DNA of 64,000 nucleotides, from assembly GCA_028865345.1 (NCBI GenBank), contig JAGWKL010000004.1, positions 8,457-72,456 on the forward strand. The letters are read 5' to 3'. Both the position numbers and the translations under genes were made by a program. This stretch comes from Candidatus Omnitrophota bacterium. Lineage in GTDB: Bacteria > Omnitrophota > Gorgyraeia > Zapsychrales > Fredricksoniimonadaceae. This document shows positions 53,464 through 63,503 of this stretch, in pieces; the stretch's first letter is position 1, and each line of letters begins with the position of its first letter. Below the pieces are notes generated by a model. That model was given only the letters and a program-made list of their open reading frames with translations. It was not told where the DNA came from and ran no database searches.

Positions 53464-55131
53464 TCAGTTCCTGTTGTAGACCGTCAGGGTAAACGGCAAA
53501 GGAACATAACCCATACGGCTTTGTGTTGTTTGAGGGGCCCCGAGCACCATGTGCCCGGCGTCGAATCCATGGACCAACAGGAATTGATGGACCAGGCGGG
53601 CACGTGCCTGGGCCAAGGTATTCAGCGCCCCGGTGTCCGGCGGCGCATTCTCGACCAATCGGCGTTTGATTTCCAGGTCAAGTTTCGCATCGTCGTAACG
53701 GCCTATGCCCTTTTTATATTTTTTGGCCAGGGCCCACAAGGCACGGATCCCGAAACGGCGCTGGTACAAAAGCTGGTACACGGCAGCATCGGGACGGCTT
53801 GATATTTTTCTTAATTGCTCATAATCCCTGGCAAAGACCTGCGCCTGTATCGCTTTCCAATCGGCCCGCGGATCATAGCTGCCGTCGATCTTAAGCTCAA
53901 GCTTGGGATGCGCTTTAAGCCCTTTGATGAGGGCAATCAACTTTTGTCTCTGGGAAGGGAGCAGTTTAGCCTCTCCCGGAGTAAAACGGACATAGCCTAA
54001 CTCATCCACTCCTGTTTCACCCGCGCCCAACGATGAAGCCAAAAAAGAAAACGGTTTGGTAACGAGATTGAAAAAGAAATTACGGGCGGCCTGGAAGACC
54101 AGATGAGAATATTTGAATTTCGGGTCGCTCATGTCCCCTGAGACGGGCAGGGAGATGCGCATCCTTCCATCGGGGTCCTCCAGAAGGGCGACGGCCAGGC
54201 CAAAAGGCAGGTGCAGGGCGCCCTTGCTTTCTACACGGCGGCCGAAGGCGAATTGCTGGATCAGGAGCCGGTGATCGGCGACAAGTTTATTGCCGCTGAT
54301 GCGATAGTCCATCGAAAAATCCATCTGCCCGCTTTTCAATGCACGGCCCGTATATTTACCGGTGTACGGCGTCAAGACCTTTAAGGCATAGTCATTGAGG
54401 CTGAAAGCCGCCTCCAAGTCCAACGGCTGGGCAAGCGGGATGACCGCCGCTTCCATCGAAATCCTGCCCTTATTGCCTAAATCGCAGTGGAATTTGACCC
54501 TGGCCTGCCGGTGAGGGTCTGTTGTTACATGGGTCACCAGCATTTCCATGGACCTCAAGGTCACTGAAAAATGAGGCTTAATGGTTGTATCGGTGAAATG
54601 GACCTCCCCTTGGTGCAAAGCAATGGTATCAATGATAATCTTCGGTAAGCCGGATGGTCGGGGTAATCCGCTCGCGGAAGGCTGTTTGGATTCTCCCGTA
54701 GGCCGCCGGGGCTGTGGCGGCGGCATAAGCTGCGGGGGCACCAAATCCAAAAGATTGATTTTGTTGCCGGGCAACAGTACGGCATTGACCTTTAGGCCGT
54801 CCAGCTCAAAGGCCGGCACGTGATAGATTTTCTTAAAAAGGCCGGCCAAACTTAAATTAACGGATAATTTGTCAAAACCGATCACCTGGTGATGATGATG
54901 GTCCAAAATTTCAAAACCATTCATGGTCAATTTCCACAACAAAGGATTAAATCCCACCGAACGCAGACGAACAGGTTCTTTAAGGATCTTTGTCCCCTGG
55001 TCGGGAATGACCCACCAGAGGACAAATGGAATGATGATAAAACCCGCAACCAGGTAGAATAAGAACAGCCCCGTAATTATCTTTGTAAAAGCCCTTAAAA
55101 TTTTAGACGCTGTGGGTTTGAACATAATCAA
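53464..55131 (-). CDS. DUF748/AsmA-like membrane-anchored protein
   Basis: N-terminal transmembrane helix with a Pro-rich low-complexity linker ([32 protein letters not shown]). Large periplasmic beta-rich domain. Confidence 0.45.
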   Translation of the reverse strand: MIMFKPTASKILRAFTKIITGLFLFYLVAGFIIIPFVLWWVIPDQGTKILKEPVRLRSVGFNPLLWKLTMNGFEILDHHHHQVIGFDKLSVNLSLAGLFKKIYHVPAFELDGLKVNAVLLPGNKINLLDLVPPQLMPPPQPRRPTGESKQPSASGLPRPSGLPKIIIDTIALHQGEVHFTDTTIKPHFSVTLRSMEMLVTHVTTDPHRQARVKFHCDLGNKGRISMEAAVIPLAQPLDLEAAFSLNDYALKVLTPYTGKYTGRALKSGQMDFSMDYRISGNKLVADHRLLIQQFAFGRRVESKGALHLPFGLAVALLEDPDGRMRISLPVSGDMSDPKFKYSHLVFQAARNFFFNLVTKPFSFLASSLGAGETGVDELGYVRFTPGEAKLLPSQRQKLIALIKGLKAHPKLELKIDGSYDPRADWKAIQAQVFARDYEQLRKISSRPDAAVYQLLYQRRFGIRALWALAKKYKKGIGRYDDAKLDLEIKRRLVENAPPDTGALNTLAQARARLVHQFLLVHGFDAGHMVLGAPQTTQSRMGYVPLPFTLTVYNRN

Positions 55132-55146
55132 CCTTCGCGGATTTCC

Positions 55147-56685
55147 CTATAATCTGCTTTTTAAATGGTCCGCCACCCTCATGGCATTGGCCATGATGGT
55201 CAACCCGGGATTGACCGCGGAACTCGAAACAAAAAAGCTCCCGTCCACAACATAAAGATTGTCCAGGTCATGGGCTTTGCAATGGATGTCCAGCGCCGAT
55301 GTCTTGGGGTCGCGCCCGAAACGCACGGTCCCCACCTGGTGGGCCGTGCCTGCGATGGGTATGTATTGGTTGAGGTATACCGACCGGTTAAAAAGGAACG
55401 GGTGGCAATTGACCTTGTTTAAAATACTTTTTAATTCGGCGGTCAGGCGCCTGTGGCCTTCCCTGTTATTAACCGTGTAACAAAGGGATATATGCCCCTG
55501 TTTATCAATGACAACGCGATTATCAGGATGCGGCAGGTCCTCAGACGTCAGCCAAAAATCAATGGCGTGATGGGCCATGTTATCAAGAATGAATTTAGGC
55601 ACGAAGGGCGGCGCGCTGCCTTTCAAAATCCACCCGTCGGTCTTGCCCAGCATTTGAATATGGCCCATGGGGAATTCCCACCGGCGCGATGCGAAATAAA
55701 AATCATTCAAGGCCAGAGTCTTCTGGAACACCGTCGGGTTGGGGCTCTTGGAAAGGGCCATGAACGCGGAATTATTGTGGCACATGTAATGGCGCCCCAC
55801 CATGTCCGAACTGTTGGCCAGGCCCCTGGGATGCTTATCATTGGCCGAACGCAATAAAAGCGCCGCGGAATTAATGGCCCCGCAGGAGACCGCCACGATA
55901 TCGGCGCTGTACTCTTCCTTCACACCATTGCGTTCGACATGCACGGTTGTGACCGTCCTGCCCGACGGGTCGCATTCCAGACGGCTGACCAAAGCCCCGG
56001 TCAAGAGCCGGACATTGGGATAGGCCATGGCTGGTCTCACGCAGATCATGTCCGCATCGGACTTGGCATGGACCAGGCAGGGAAAACCATCACAGGTCGA
56101 ACAGCGGATGCAGCGGCTCTGGGGACGGTTTTTCTCCAGAAGACGTATGCCCAAAGGCAGATGAAACGGGCGGTACCCGCACTTTTGAAGATCATCGGAA
56201 AGTTCCTGGATGCGCGGTTCATGGCTGACCGCATCAAAAGCATAGTCGGCGCCGGCGCTGCCTTCGGTGGGATCTTCGCCGTGCCTGCCGTGGACCTCAT
56301 AGAGGTGTTCGGCTTTCGTATAATACGGCTCCATGTCCTCATAGCTGATGGGCCACCCCGGTGAAATGCCCCCATGATGGCGCACCTGGCCGAAATCCGC
56401 AGGGCGCATGCGCAGCAAGGCTGCGCCGTAGAATTTGGTGTTGCCGCCGACATAATAATGGATGCCGGGACGAAAACTCCTCCCTTCCTTGTCCTTCCAC
56501 GTTTCGTCCGCGGTATATTTAGCCTGATTAAAAACGGACCGGGAATCCCAGTTGTCTTTTTCCTGCAAAAGAAAAGACCCGCGTTCCAGGATGAGGATGC
56601 GTTTACCGGTGGGGGCTAAGGCATGTGCCAGTGTGCCGCCGCCTGCCCCTGTACCTATGATGATCAGGTCATAGTGGTTGGTCAT
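55147..56685 (-). CDS. GMC-family FAD-dependent oxidoreductase
   Basis: YDLIIIGTGAGGGTLAHAL FAD-binding motif. C-terminal GMC domain with His active-site region. Confidence 0.8.
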   Translation of the reverse strand: MTNHYDLIIIGTGAGGGTLAHALAPTGKRILILERGSFLLQEKDNWDSRSVFNQAKYTADETWKDKEGRSFRPGIHYYVGGNTKFYGAALLRMRPADFGQVRHHGGISPGWPISYEDMEPYYTKAEHLYEVHGRHGEDPTEGSAGADYAFDAVSHEPRIQELSDDLQKCGYRPFHLPLGIRLLEKNRPQSRCIRCSTCDGFPCLVHAKSDADMICVRPAMAYPNVRLLTGALVSRLECDPSGRTVTTVHVERNGVKEEYSADIVAVSCGAINSAALLLRSANDKHPRGLANSSDMVGRHYMCHNNSAFMALSKSPNPTVFQKTLALNDFYFASRRWEFPMGHIQMLGKTDGWILKGSAPPFVPKFILDNMAHHAIDFWLTSEDLPHPDNRVVIDKQGHISLCYTVNNREGHRRLTAELKSILNKVNCHPFLFNRSVYLNQYIPIAGTAHQVGTVRFGRDPKTSALDIHCKAHDLDNLYVVDGSFFVSSSAVNPGLTIMANAMRVADHLKSRL

Positions 56686-56706
56686 AGGATTGATAGGTTG
56701 CAGCTA

Positions 56707-57330
56707 TCACAGCCTATTGATAATGAGTTTATCCAGATCAAATCGGACTTTTTTTAAAGCCGCGTAATGATCGTCAATAGCCCTGTAACCGACAGTGCAA
56801 AGCACCACGGATTCAAGGCCTTGCTGCGGAAGTTCTAAAATCTCATCAAATTTCTGAGGATCAAACCCTTCCATAGGGCAGGCATCGATCTTGCGCCGGG
56901 CGCATTCCGCCAGGAACACGCCTAAAGCAATGTAAACCTGGTTTTTCATCCAATGGGAGACGGATTCGGCGCTTTTGCCGGCCAGCGTGCCCACAAGCAT
57001 CTTTTCATAATCCAGCAAAGACTCTCTTGCAACGCCGCGGGTTGTGGCGATCAGGTCCACATAGTTTCTCACGTGGCCCTCGTCCATTGTTTTTAAGGCG
57101 CAAAAAACGATAAGCGTGTCCGCATCAGTGATCTGGGACTGGCCCCAGGCATGGGGTCTTAATTTTTTTCTTAAGGCGGCGTCCTGGACGATGACAAATT
57201 TCCAGGGCTGCAGGCCGAAAGAAGACGGGGAAAACCGCAGGACTTCCAGCAGATGGGCGAAGTCCTGCCTGGGAATTTTCCTGGTAGGGTCAAATTTCTT
57301 GGTGGCATAACGCCAGCTTAAATCATTCAT
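56707..57330 (-). CDS. NAD(P)H nitroreductase (NfsB-like)
   Basis: RYATKKFD ... SSFGLQPWKFVIV motif. The start was set at the internal ATG 57328-57330 (MNDLSW). The roughly 100-aa upstream ORF extension has no protein-like character. Confidence 0.7.
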   Translation of the reverse strand: MNDLSWRYATKKFDPTRKIPRQDFAHLLEVLRFSPSSFGLQPWKFVIVQDAALRKKLRPHAWGQSQITDADTLIVFCALKTMDEGHVRNYVDLIATTRGVARESLLDYEKMLVGTLAGKSAESVSHWMKNQVYIALGVFLAECARRKIDACPMEGFDPQKFDEILELPQQGLESVVLCTVGYRAIDDHYAALKKVRFDLDKLIINRL

Positions 57331-57518
57331 GATGTCCCTACGCGGTGGGTCCTGGCTCGTCTTGATGCTCACGTGCTCCTCTGAGCGAACGGCAACCCTA
57401 TCAGCGGCCAGAAAAGCGGTTTCCCTAATTATAGATGACTTGAGCAGTTGTCGTGCGCTCGTGAACATCAATCCTCGCCACCCAACGAATACGCTGATGA
57501 GTTCGATTGGGCGAGCAT

Positions 57519-57553
57519 AAAAAACCCTCTGTAGCCTTTCGGCCACAGAGGGT
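57519..57553 (-). terminator. Rho-independent terminator of cspA
   Basis: Minus strand: CCCTCTGTGGCC-GAAA-GGCTACAGAGGG, a 12-bp stem with one mismatch, followed by TTTTTTAT. Confidence 0.75.
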
Positions 57554-57577
57554 TTGTAAATATAAGAAATCAAATTC

Positions 57578-57778
57578 TTATATTTTAACCACGTTTTGGG
57601 CTTGTTCACCCTTAGGGCCGGTGACAATTTCGAACTCGACGTCCTGTCCTTCGCCTAACGATCTGTAGCCGTCACCCTGAATGGCGGTGTGATGCACGAA
57701 GACATCCTTACCGTTTTCGGGAGTGATGAATCCAAAGCCTTTTTGGTCATTGAACCACTTTACTTTACCTTTTACCAT
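57578..57778 (-). CDS. cspA: Cold-shock protein (CspA family)
   Basis: [16 protein letters not shown] (RNP1) and VFVHH (RNP2). 66 aa. Confidence 0.9.
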   Translation of the reverse strand: MVKGKVKWFNDQKGFGFITPENGKDVFVHHTAIQGDGYRSLGEGQDVEFEIVTGPKGEQAQNVVKI

Positions 57779-57920
57779 AAATCTTTAAAACCTCCTTTTA
57801 ATCGAACTTTAAGCTCTTCACTGACCTGTCCCCAGACTCGGGAACCTATAAAAAAACCGCCACGCGCCCAAACCTGCCAGACACATTGCGGTGCTTTCAG
57901 ATCAGAAGAACTTGGGCATT

Positions 57921-57948
57921 AGTATACATACTTTAATTGTTTTGTCAA
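57921..57948 (-). promoter_or_regulatory. Candidate sigma70 promoter of cspA with long (about 135 nt) 5' UTR
   Basis: Minus strand: TTGACA, a 16-nt spacer, then TATACT. The resulting leader of about 135 nt is typical of cspA genes. Confidence 0.4.
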
Positions 57949-58682
57949 ACTAATTGTTTCTTCAAATCCCCCTTCTGATTTTTTTGACGGTACTGGCTGG
58001 GGCTCAAATCCGTCATTTTTTCGAACATGCGGATAAACGACTCCAAATTCTGATAGCCGAGCCGGTTAGCGATTTCCGTGACCGTATAATCCGATTTTCT
58101 TAGAAGTTCGCCGGCCCGGTTGATCTTGACGGAAAGCCGGTACTCATTGAAACTCTGACCGCAGATGTTTTTAAAAACACGGCTGAAATATTTCGGGCTC
58201 AAACAGATCTGCCCCGCCACATCCTTGAGCATGATTTTTTTGTCGAAATTACGGTCGATAAACTGTTTGGCCTGCTCGATCTTGGCATGAATACCGTGGG
58301 TGTAGGTGAAATCTTTCTGGACCTTTAAAGCCAGGGTGGACCGGACCGTTTCCAGGAACTTGGGGATATGGACGGGCTTTTCGATGTAATCATCGGCACG
58401 GCCTTTTAAAGCATCTATGGCGATATCTTTGCTGCTTTGCCCGGTCAGGATGATGATGGCCAGGGAAGGCCTGATCTTCTTGATCTGCCGCAGCACTTCC
58501 GTCCCGGAGATCAAAGGCATGACGGCATCCAGGATCACGAGGTCGATGGCATTGGGCTTCCTCAAAACGGACAGGGCTTCCGCACCATTGGAAGCTTCGA
58601 TGACCTTATAATCATCCAGGCAGCTCCGCAATTCCTCGCGGAACTCCGCGTCATCATCCACGATCAAAATTTGATAAGCCAT
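57945..58682 (-). CDS. Response regulator with C-terminal AraC-type HTH domain
   Basis: REC (ILIVDDDAEF...LVILDAVMP) plus an AraC HTH (YFSRVFKNICGQSFNEYRL...). Confidence 0.8.
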   Translation of the reverse strand: MAYQILIVDDDAEFREELRSCLDDYKVIEASNGAEALSVLRKPNAIDLVILDAVMPLISGTEVLRQIKKIRPSLAIIILTGQSSKDIAIDALKGRADDYIEKPVHIPKFLETVRSTLALKVQKDFTYTHGIHAKIEQAKQFIDRNFDKKIMLKDVAGQICLSPKYFSRVFKNICGQSFNEYRLSVKINRAGELLRKSDYTVTEIANRLGYQNLESFIRMFEKMTDLSPSQYRQKNQKGDLKKQLV

Positions 58683-58861
58683 AGTCTTAAAAGGGGCGAA
58701 ACGCCGATCTTTATAGAAAAGCAGCCTTCCCTAAGTATACTTATACATTCCAAAGACACAAGAATATAAAAACAAGCACCCTTCAGCTCGTTCATACGTT
58801 TCCATTTCATGATATACCGGTTGATTAATACGAGGAAAAGTGCAGGCACGCCCATCATGCT

Positions 58862-59308
58862 CTATATCGAGGGAGCATATAATTTTTCGTATTCCTTGAT
58901 GACCTTCTCGCCCCTGTCCCCTGAAACAAATAGACGGCCCTCCAGTACCTGATGCAGGCAGGGCACCACATCCGAACAAATATATTTTTTATTGATATAT
59001 CCCCTGGCCCCGGCCTTCAGGGCCGTGAGCGCGTATTGAAGCTCATCGTAAGCAGACAGGATGACCACCGGAAGGCCCGATCCTTTATTTTTCATGAGCT
59101 CCAGCAACTCAAGGCCGCCTTCCCTGCCTTCCAGCGACATGTCGATAAGCGCAATATCGAAAAGACCCTCCTGGACGGCTTCAAGGAATTCTTTTTTTCC
59201 GCCGGCGATCCGGGCCACCGTAAACAAACCGTCTTCTTCAACGATCTCTTTCATCAATACGGGTATCAAAGGCTCGTCATCCACGATGATAATCTCCTTT
59301 TTAATCAT
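58862..59308 (-). CDS. Single-domain response regulator (REC only)
   Basis: IIIVDDEPLI...DIALIDMSLEG...ILSAYDE. The start is set at the internal ATG 59306-59308. The ORF-track N-terminal extension is non-protein-like. Confidence 0.7.
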   Translation of the reverse strand: MIKKEIIIVDDEPLIPVLMKEIVEEDGLFTVARIAGGKKEFLEAVQEGLFDIALIDMSLEGREGGLELLELMKNKGSGLPVVILSAYDELQYALTALKAGARGYINKKYICSDVVPCLHQVLEGRLFVSGDRGEKVIKEYEKLYAPSI

Positions 59309-59537
59309 AAATCCCTTTCTTATCGTTGGGGACAGTCCCTCGCTAATATAAAAATCCCTTAACATAAGAGACTTTAAGTTTACCGGTAACTTCAAAAATG
59401 TACATGGTCTGTTTCCACTTTTTACTGCCTTTTTTCTACCTAATATTTCCCATCCGCCGCACACACCAAAAAGGGGACACTTAACGACGTGTCCCCTTTC
59501 TCCAGCCGGCGGCATACCTTTTGTCTCGCCGCCTTAT

Positions 59538-59987
59538 TTATGTCATGTCGGTTTCGTATTCCTCCTCACGTTTGCCCAAAGCAAATTCGATCTTGGTGAT
59601 CAGATTAAGCGGCCTGAACGGCTTGAGGATCGAAGTTTTTATACCGCATAATTTCATCATCAGAAAATGCTGCTTCTCGGTGAAAAAACCTGTCATGGCG
59701 ATCACGGGCACATCTTTGAGCACGATCGAGTTCCTGGCCTCGTCCGCGATTTGAAAACCGCTTTTGGGGCTCATTTTCAAATCCAGCAGGATAAGGTCCG
59801 GTTTGTTTTTAAGCGCGGTCTCAAGGACTTGGGTGCCGTCGCTGATGGCAGCCACGTCATAACCCCCCAATTTTAACAGGTTCTCAAGCTCTTCCAGGAG
59901 CTCAACATTATCATCTACGATCATGATCAACGGCTTACTTCTCGGCGTTTGTTGTTCCTGTTGAGGTTCGAGGATAGTAGACACCAT
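59538..59987 (-). CDS. Single-domain response regulator (REC only)
   Basis: IMIVDDNVELLEELE...LILLDLKMSPKSG. AAGGAG ribosome-binding site. Confidence 0.75.
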   Translation of the reverse strand: MVSTILEPQQEQQTPRSKPLIMIVDDNVELLEELENLLKLGGYDVAAISDGTQVLETALKNKPDLILLDLKMSPKSGFQIADEARNSIVLKDVPVIAMTGFFTEKQHFLMMKLCGIKTSILKPFRPLNLITKIEFALGKREEEYETDMT

Positions 59988-60111
59988 AATGCAACTCCTT
60001 CTTTGGCCCCGTGCTTAGCGCGGGAGGCATTTTTTCTAAAAATGGGGAAATCAACTTCTGCCTACAGGATATCTTAGATGAGAGGAAACGACAATGGCGC
60101 CAATCCGCCTT

Positions 60112-60516
60112 TTACTGACCTTTTTCCACCAATAATGCCAATTGCTTGACCCTGCCGACGAAATTTTCCACCATGAAAGGCTTATTGATCACGATGTCCG
60201 CCAAGTTAAGGACCCTTTCTTCTTCGTCGGTGGAAACGCCCTCCACGCTCAAAAGCGGATCGCCCAGGGGCCGGCCTGAAAGGACAAGGACTTTAGGGCG
60301 ATAGGACATCCCCACAATTCCCTTCAGCACGCCGTAACCGTTGATGCCCGGCAGGCGCAAATCCAAAATAAGAATTTGATACACGCCTGCCTTCAGGCTA
60401 CCCAAGCCCCGCAGTCCGTCGAGCGCCACATCGACTTCAAAGCCTTCAGCCTCCAGGAGTTCTTTGAGTTCCGCGCACAATTCTTCATCATCATCGATCA
60501 GGAGAAGTTTCAGCAT
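60112..60516 (-). CDS. Single-domain response regulator (REC only)
   Basis: LLLIDDDEELCAEL...ILILDLRLPGINGY. Starts at MLKLLL (ATG 60514-60516) and overlaps the kinase stop by 26 nt. Confidence 0.75.
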   Translation of the reverse strand: MLKLLLIDDDEELCAELKELLEAEGFEVDVALDGLRGLGSLKAGVYQILILDLRLPGINGYGVLKGIVGMSYRPKVLVLSGRPLGDPLLSVEGVSTDEEERVLNLADIVINKPFMVENFVGRVKQLALLVEKGQ

Positions 60517-62932
60517 AGTTATTCCTATGGGCAGGCAGAAAAATGTCGACCGTTGTCCCCTGGCCAAGCCTGCTGTTGATCTCAATCCTGCCTTGGTGCA
60601 TGTTGACCAGTTCATTGCAAATGGTCAGTCCAAGACCCGTGCCTTTGGATTTGCGGGTAAAGAACGGTTCAAAAATTTTGTCCATATCCTCCTGGGCAAT
60701 ACCTGCCCCCGTGTCCTTCACGCTGATCTTGAAGGCGTCCCCTTCACGCCGGGCATCAATGGCCACCTTGCCTGCCGGGCCTATAAAAGACTGGCAGGCA
60801 TTGTTTAGAATATTCACGAAGATCTCGCGTATCTGAGTGCCGTCAGCTTCAATGACGTCGGGGTCGTTGGTGTATTCTTTTTCAAGGACGATCCCTTTTT
60901 CCGCGAAACGGCTCTGTACCGAAGTCACACACTCATCCAGAATCTGAAAGAGATGTACTTGTTCATAATTAGGGATCTTGATGCGCGCGTAACTCAGGAG
61001 ATTGTCGATGATCTGGTTGCCTTCCCAGACTTTTTTTTCAATATTCGCCAAATGCTTATTAGCGCCCAAATCGCTCTTTTCCTTCCTTAGATTATACGCC
61101 GCCAGATGAATGACGCCCAGGGGGTTACGCAACTCATGGGCCACGGTCGCGGCCAAGGTGCCTATGTCCGCCAAGCGGCTGAACTGTTTGAGTTCTTTCT
61201 GTGTCTTAATCAATTCCTTGGAGCGTTCATCCACCATGCGCTCAAGGCTTTCATTGTCCCGCTTTAAAATTGTTTCGGCTTTTTTACGATTGGTGATGTC
61301 CACGACCGAAGCCAGGACCTGCATGCCATGCTCTGTTTCAATGGGCGTCAGGGCGATCTCCACAGGCACATGCCTGCCGTCCTTGGCCAACGCATAAAGA
61401 TCTCTTCCCAGCCCCATGGGCCGGGCCTCCGGGGCCTTGTAGAAACCTTCCCGGAAACCGAGATGATGACTCCGGTACTGCTCAGGAATCAGGGACTCCA
61501 ATTTCATATGCAATAATTCCTCGTGTGTGTAACCTAACAATTTTTCTGTTGCCTGGTTGACCAGCACGATGTCCCCGTCTCTATTGGCCATGATATTGGC
61601 CACGGGAGAAAACTCTACTACCTTCTCGAAGCGTTCCTGATAATATTTCTGCTCGCTGATGTTGCGGTAATTGATGACCACCGCCCCCACCGCCGGTTCA
61701 TGCAAAAGATTGTGTCCTGTACCTTCCAGCCAAACATAGCTGCCATCCTTGCGCCTGGCACGGGCAATGGCATAAGCACGGTTTCCCGGAATCTTGACCA
61801 TCTTCTGGAATTTTTCAATTACAACGGGCAGGTCTTCCGGATGCATAAGGCTTAAGAAACTCTTTCCTAAAAGCTCCCTGGGCTCAAAACCTAAATTGCG
61901 TCTGATCGCAGGGCTGCTGTAAAGAATTTTCGCTTCCACGTCCGTCATGGTGATCCCGTCGAAACTGTTCTCCACAACACTTCGAAAGCGCGCTTCATTA
62001 TGCTTGATATCTTCTTCCGCCTTCTGGCGTTCATAGGAGGCCGCAGCCAGGGAGAGCACCGTCACGGCGACCACACCGATAAAACATTGAATGATCAACA
62101 AATCTACCGCCAGACGTTCACCGACAAAAGGGCCTAAATGATAGATTGACCCAATATCGGCGATGACGGAGGTTGTCAGGATCGAAACGATTGCTCCCGG
62201 AAAACCAAAACGGTAGGTGGCCCATATGGCAAAAGGCAACACCAAGTACGTCACGTGAGAATAGAACCCGTATTCCGGAAACGTCCCCATGAACACTCCG
62301 TAATTGATCCCGGCCAAAACCAGGAACACCACGAAAGCTTCCAGACCGTTTTTGCGAAAATTAATGCGCCATTCTTTTTTATGAAAGGTCAAAAATGGAG
62401 AAGCGATCATCAAGATGCCCACCGTATCCCCTAGCCACCACGTAAACCAAGCCGTATCAAAAGAAACGCCCTGAAACGGAGGATGAAAAAAATAAACGGC
62501 GGACGTTCCTATGGTAGCGCTGGCGGTGCAGGCCACCATGACGGCAAAAATATATTTAAAAATTTCGTCGATTTTGGACAGCAGAACGGTCTGGTCGGTA
62601 AAACTGCGCAGGAGAAAAAGACCTGCCAATGCCTCCGCGCTATTGCCGATGGCGGTCAGGGCCGACACCGAAACAGCCAAAACCGGAGCCCATCCATGAT
62701 GGAGGCAAACCAGCAGATTGGCCCCAAAAGCCCCCAGTAATATGCCGGGCCAGACCCGGTAACCAAAGAAGCAAACGGCGGTAAACGCGATACCCGATGG
62801 GGGCCATATGGGCGAGGCATTGGTCCCCTTAAAAGAGAATTGCAGGGCGCCATACGCCACGAGACCATAAACAACTCCAAGGACAATGGTCCAATAAGGG
62901 GAGTATAATTGTCGTTTGCCGGGTAGGCTCAT
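60491..62932 (-). CDS. Sensor histidine kinase (MASE1 - PAS - PAS - HisKA - HATPase)
   Basis: N-terminal MASE1-type 7-8 transmembrane helix sensor. Two PAS modules. H-box AHELRNPLGVI. G-boxes DTGAGIAQEDMDKIFEPF...GTGLGLTIC. Confidence 0.85.
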   Translation of the reverse strand: MSLPGKRQLYSPYWTIVLGVVYGLVAYGALQFSFKGTNASPIWPPSGIAFTAVCFFGYRVWPGILLGAFGANLLVCLHHGWAPVLAVSVSALTAIGNSAEALAGLFLLRSFTDQTVLLSKIDEIFKYIFAVMVACTASATIGTSAVYFFHPPFQGVSFDTAWFTWWLGDTVGILMIASPFLTFHKKEWRINFRKNGLEAFVVFLVLAGINYGVFMGTFPEYGFYSHVTYLVLPFAIWATYRFGFPGAIVSILTTSVIADIGSIYHLGPFVGERLAVDLLIIQCFIGVVAVTVLSLAAASYERQKAEEDIKHNEARFRSVVENSFDGITMTDVEAKILYSSPAIRRNLGFEPRELLGKSFLSLMHPEDLPVVIEKFQKMVKIPGNRAYAIARARRKDGSYVWLEGTGHNLLHEPAVGAVVINYRNISEQKYYQERFEKVVEFSPVANIMANRDGDIVLVNQATEKLLGYTHEELLHMKLESLIPEQYRSHHLGFREGFYKAPEARPMGLGRDLYALAKDGRHVPVEIALTPIETEHGMQVLASVVDITNRKKAETILKRDNESLERMVDERSKELIKTQKELKQFSRLADIGTLAATVAHELRNPLGVIHLAAYNLRKEKSDLGANKHLANIEKKVWEGNQIIDNLLSYARIKIPNYEQVHLFQILDECVTSVQSRFAEKGIVLEKEYTNDPDVIEADGTQIREIFVNILNNACQSFIGPAGKVAIDARREGDAFKISVKDTGAGIAQEDMDKIFEPFFTRKSKGTGLGLTICNELVNMHQGRIEINSRLGQGTTVDIFLPAHRNNYAETSPDR

Positions 62933-63051
62933 TTTTTTAGTATACTATCAAGGAAGATGTTTATGCAATGACTTGCTTTTCATAAACAAATATTTTATAT
63001 TCTTCCTCGTCTCCGGTTGAACTCGCCGCGGCGGATTCAGCTCAGGCCTTT

Positions 63052-63438
63052 CTATAGATAATGTTGTATCCTCTTGAGTACCACGCTGTCCGCCTGTTTG
63101 TCCGGGGCCATGCCGACGCGCACCTGGACCGAGCTTTCCTTTTCACTCACCCGGCGGATGTCAATCCATATTTCACGTCCATCTGTATAGGTGCTTTTGA
63201 GCTGGGTGACATTGGTTTCATTGACCTCTTTGACGAGGGGAAGGTTCAACGAACGCAGCGCAGCCTTGACGCCGTTGATGGTGTCATGATATGAAGCATG
63301 GAAATCCTGGGACAGTTTCCCGGAAAGCCAGATCGCGGTGCCCGCCCCGCCCACCACTCCTGCAAACAGGGCAAAACAACCGCATAGATTCATCGTCAGC
63401 ATCCCTACCAGCAGGACATACACAATTCTTTTGTTCAC
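63052..63438 (-). CDS. Lipoprotein of unknown function
   Basis: Probable GTG start giving (M)NKRIVYVLLVGMLTMNLCGC lipobox. About 128 aa. Confidence 0.4.
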   Translation of the reverse strand: MNKRIVYVLLVGMLTMNLCGCFALFAGVVGGAGTAIWLSGKLSQDFHASYHDTINGVKAALRSLNLPLVKEVNETNVTQLKSTYTDGREIWIDIRRVSEKESSVQVRVGMAPDKQADSVVLKRIQHYL

Positions 63439-63503
63439 GATCACCTCCTCTGTTCTAAGGTTGTCTATAAAACCACAAAAATTAAAAAAAGATGAAGTCA
63501 AAA

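Noticed and set aside
57331-57627. N-terminal 100-codon extension of the nitroreductase ORF.
   Set aside because: The sequence is not protein-like and runs through the cspA terminator hairpin. The conserved nitroreductase fold begins at the internal ATG at 57330.
60007-60040. Plus-strand hairpin plus T-tract (CCCGTGCTTAGCGCGGG AGGCATTTTTTCT) between two REC genes, as a terminator.
   Set aside because: It would terminate a plus-strand transcript, but no plus-strand gene lies upstream. The stem is imperfect. On the minus strand the same region provides the AAGGAG ribosome-binding site of the REC gene.
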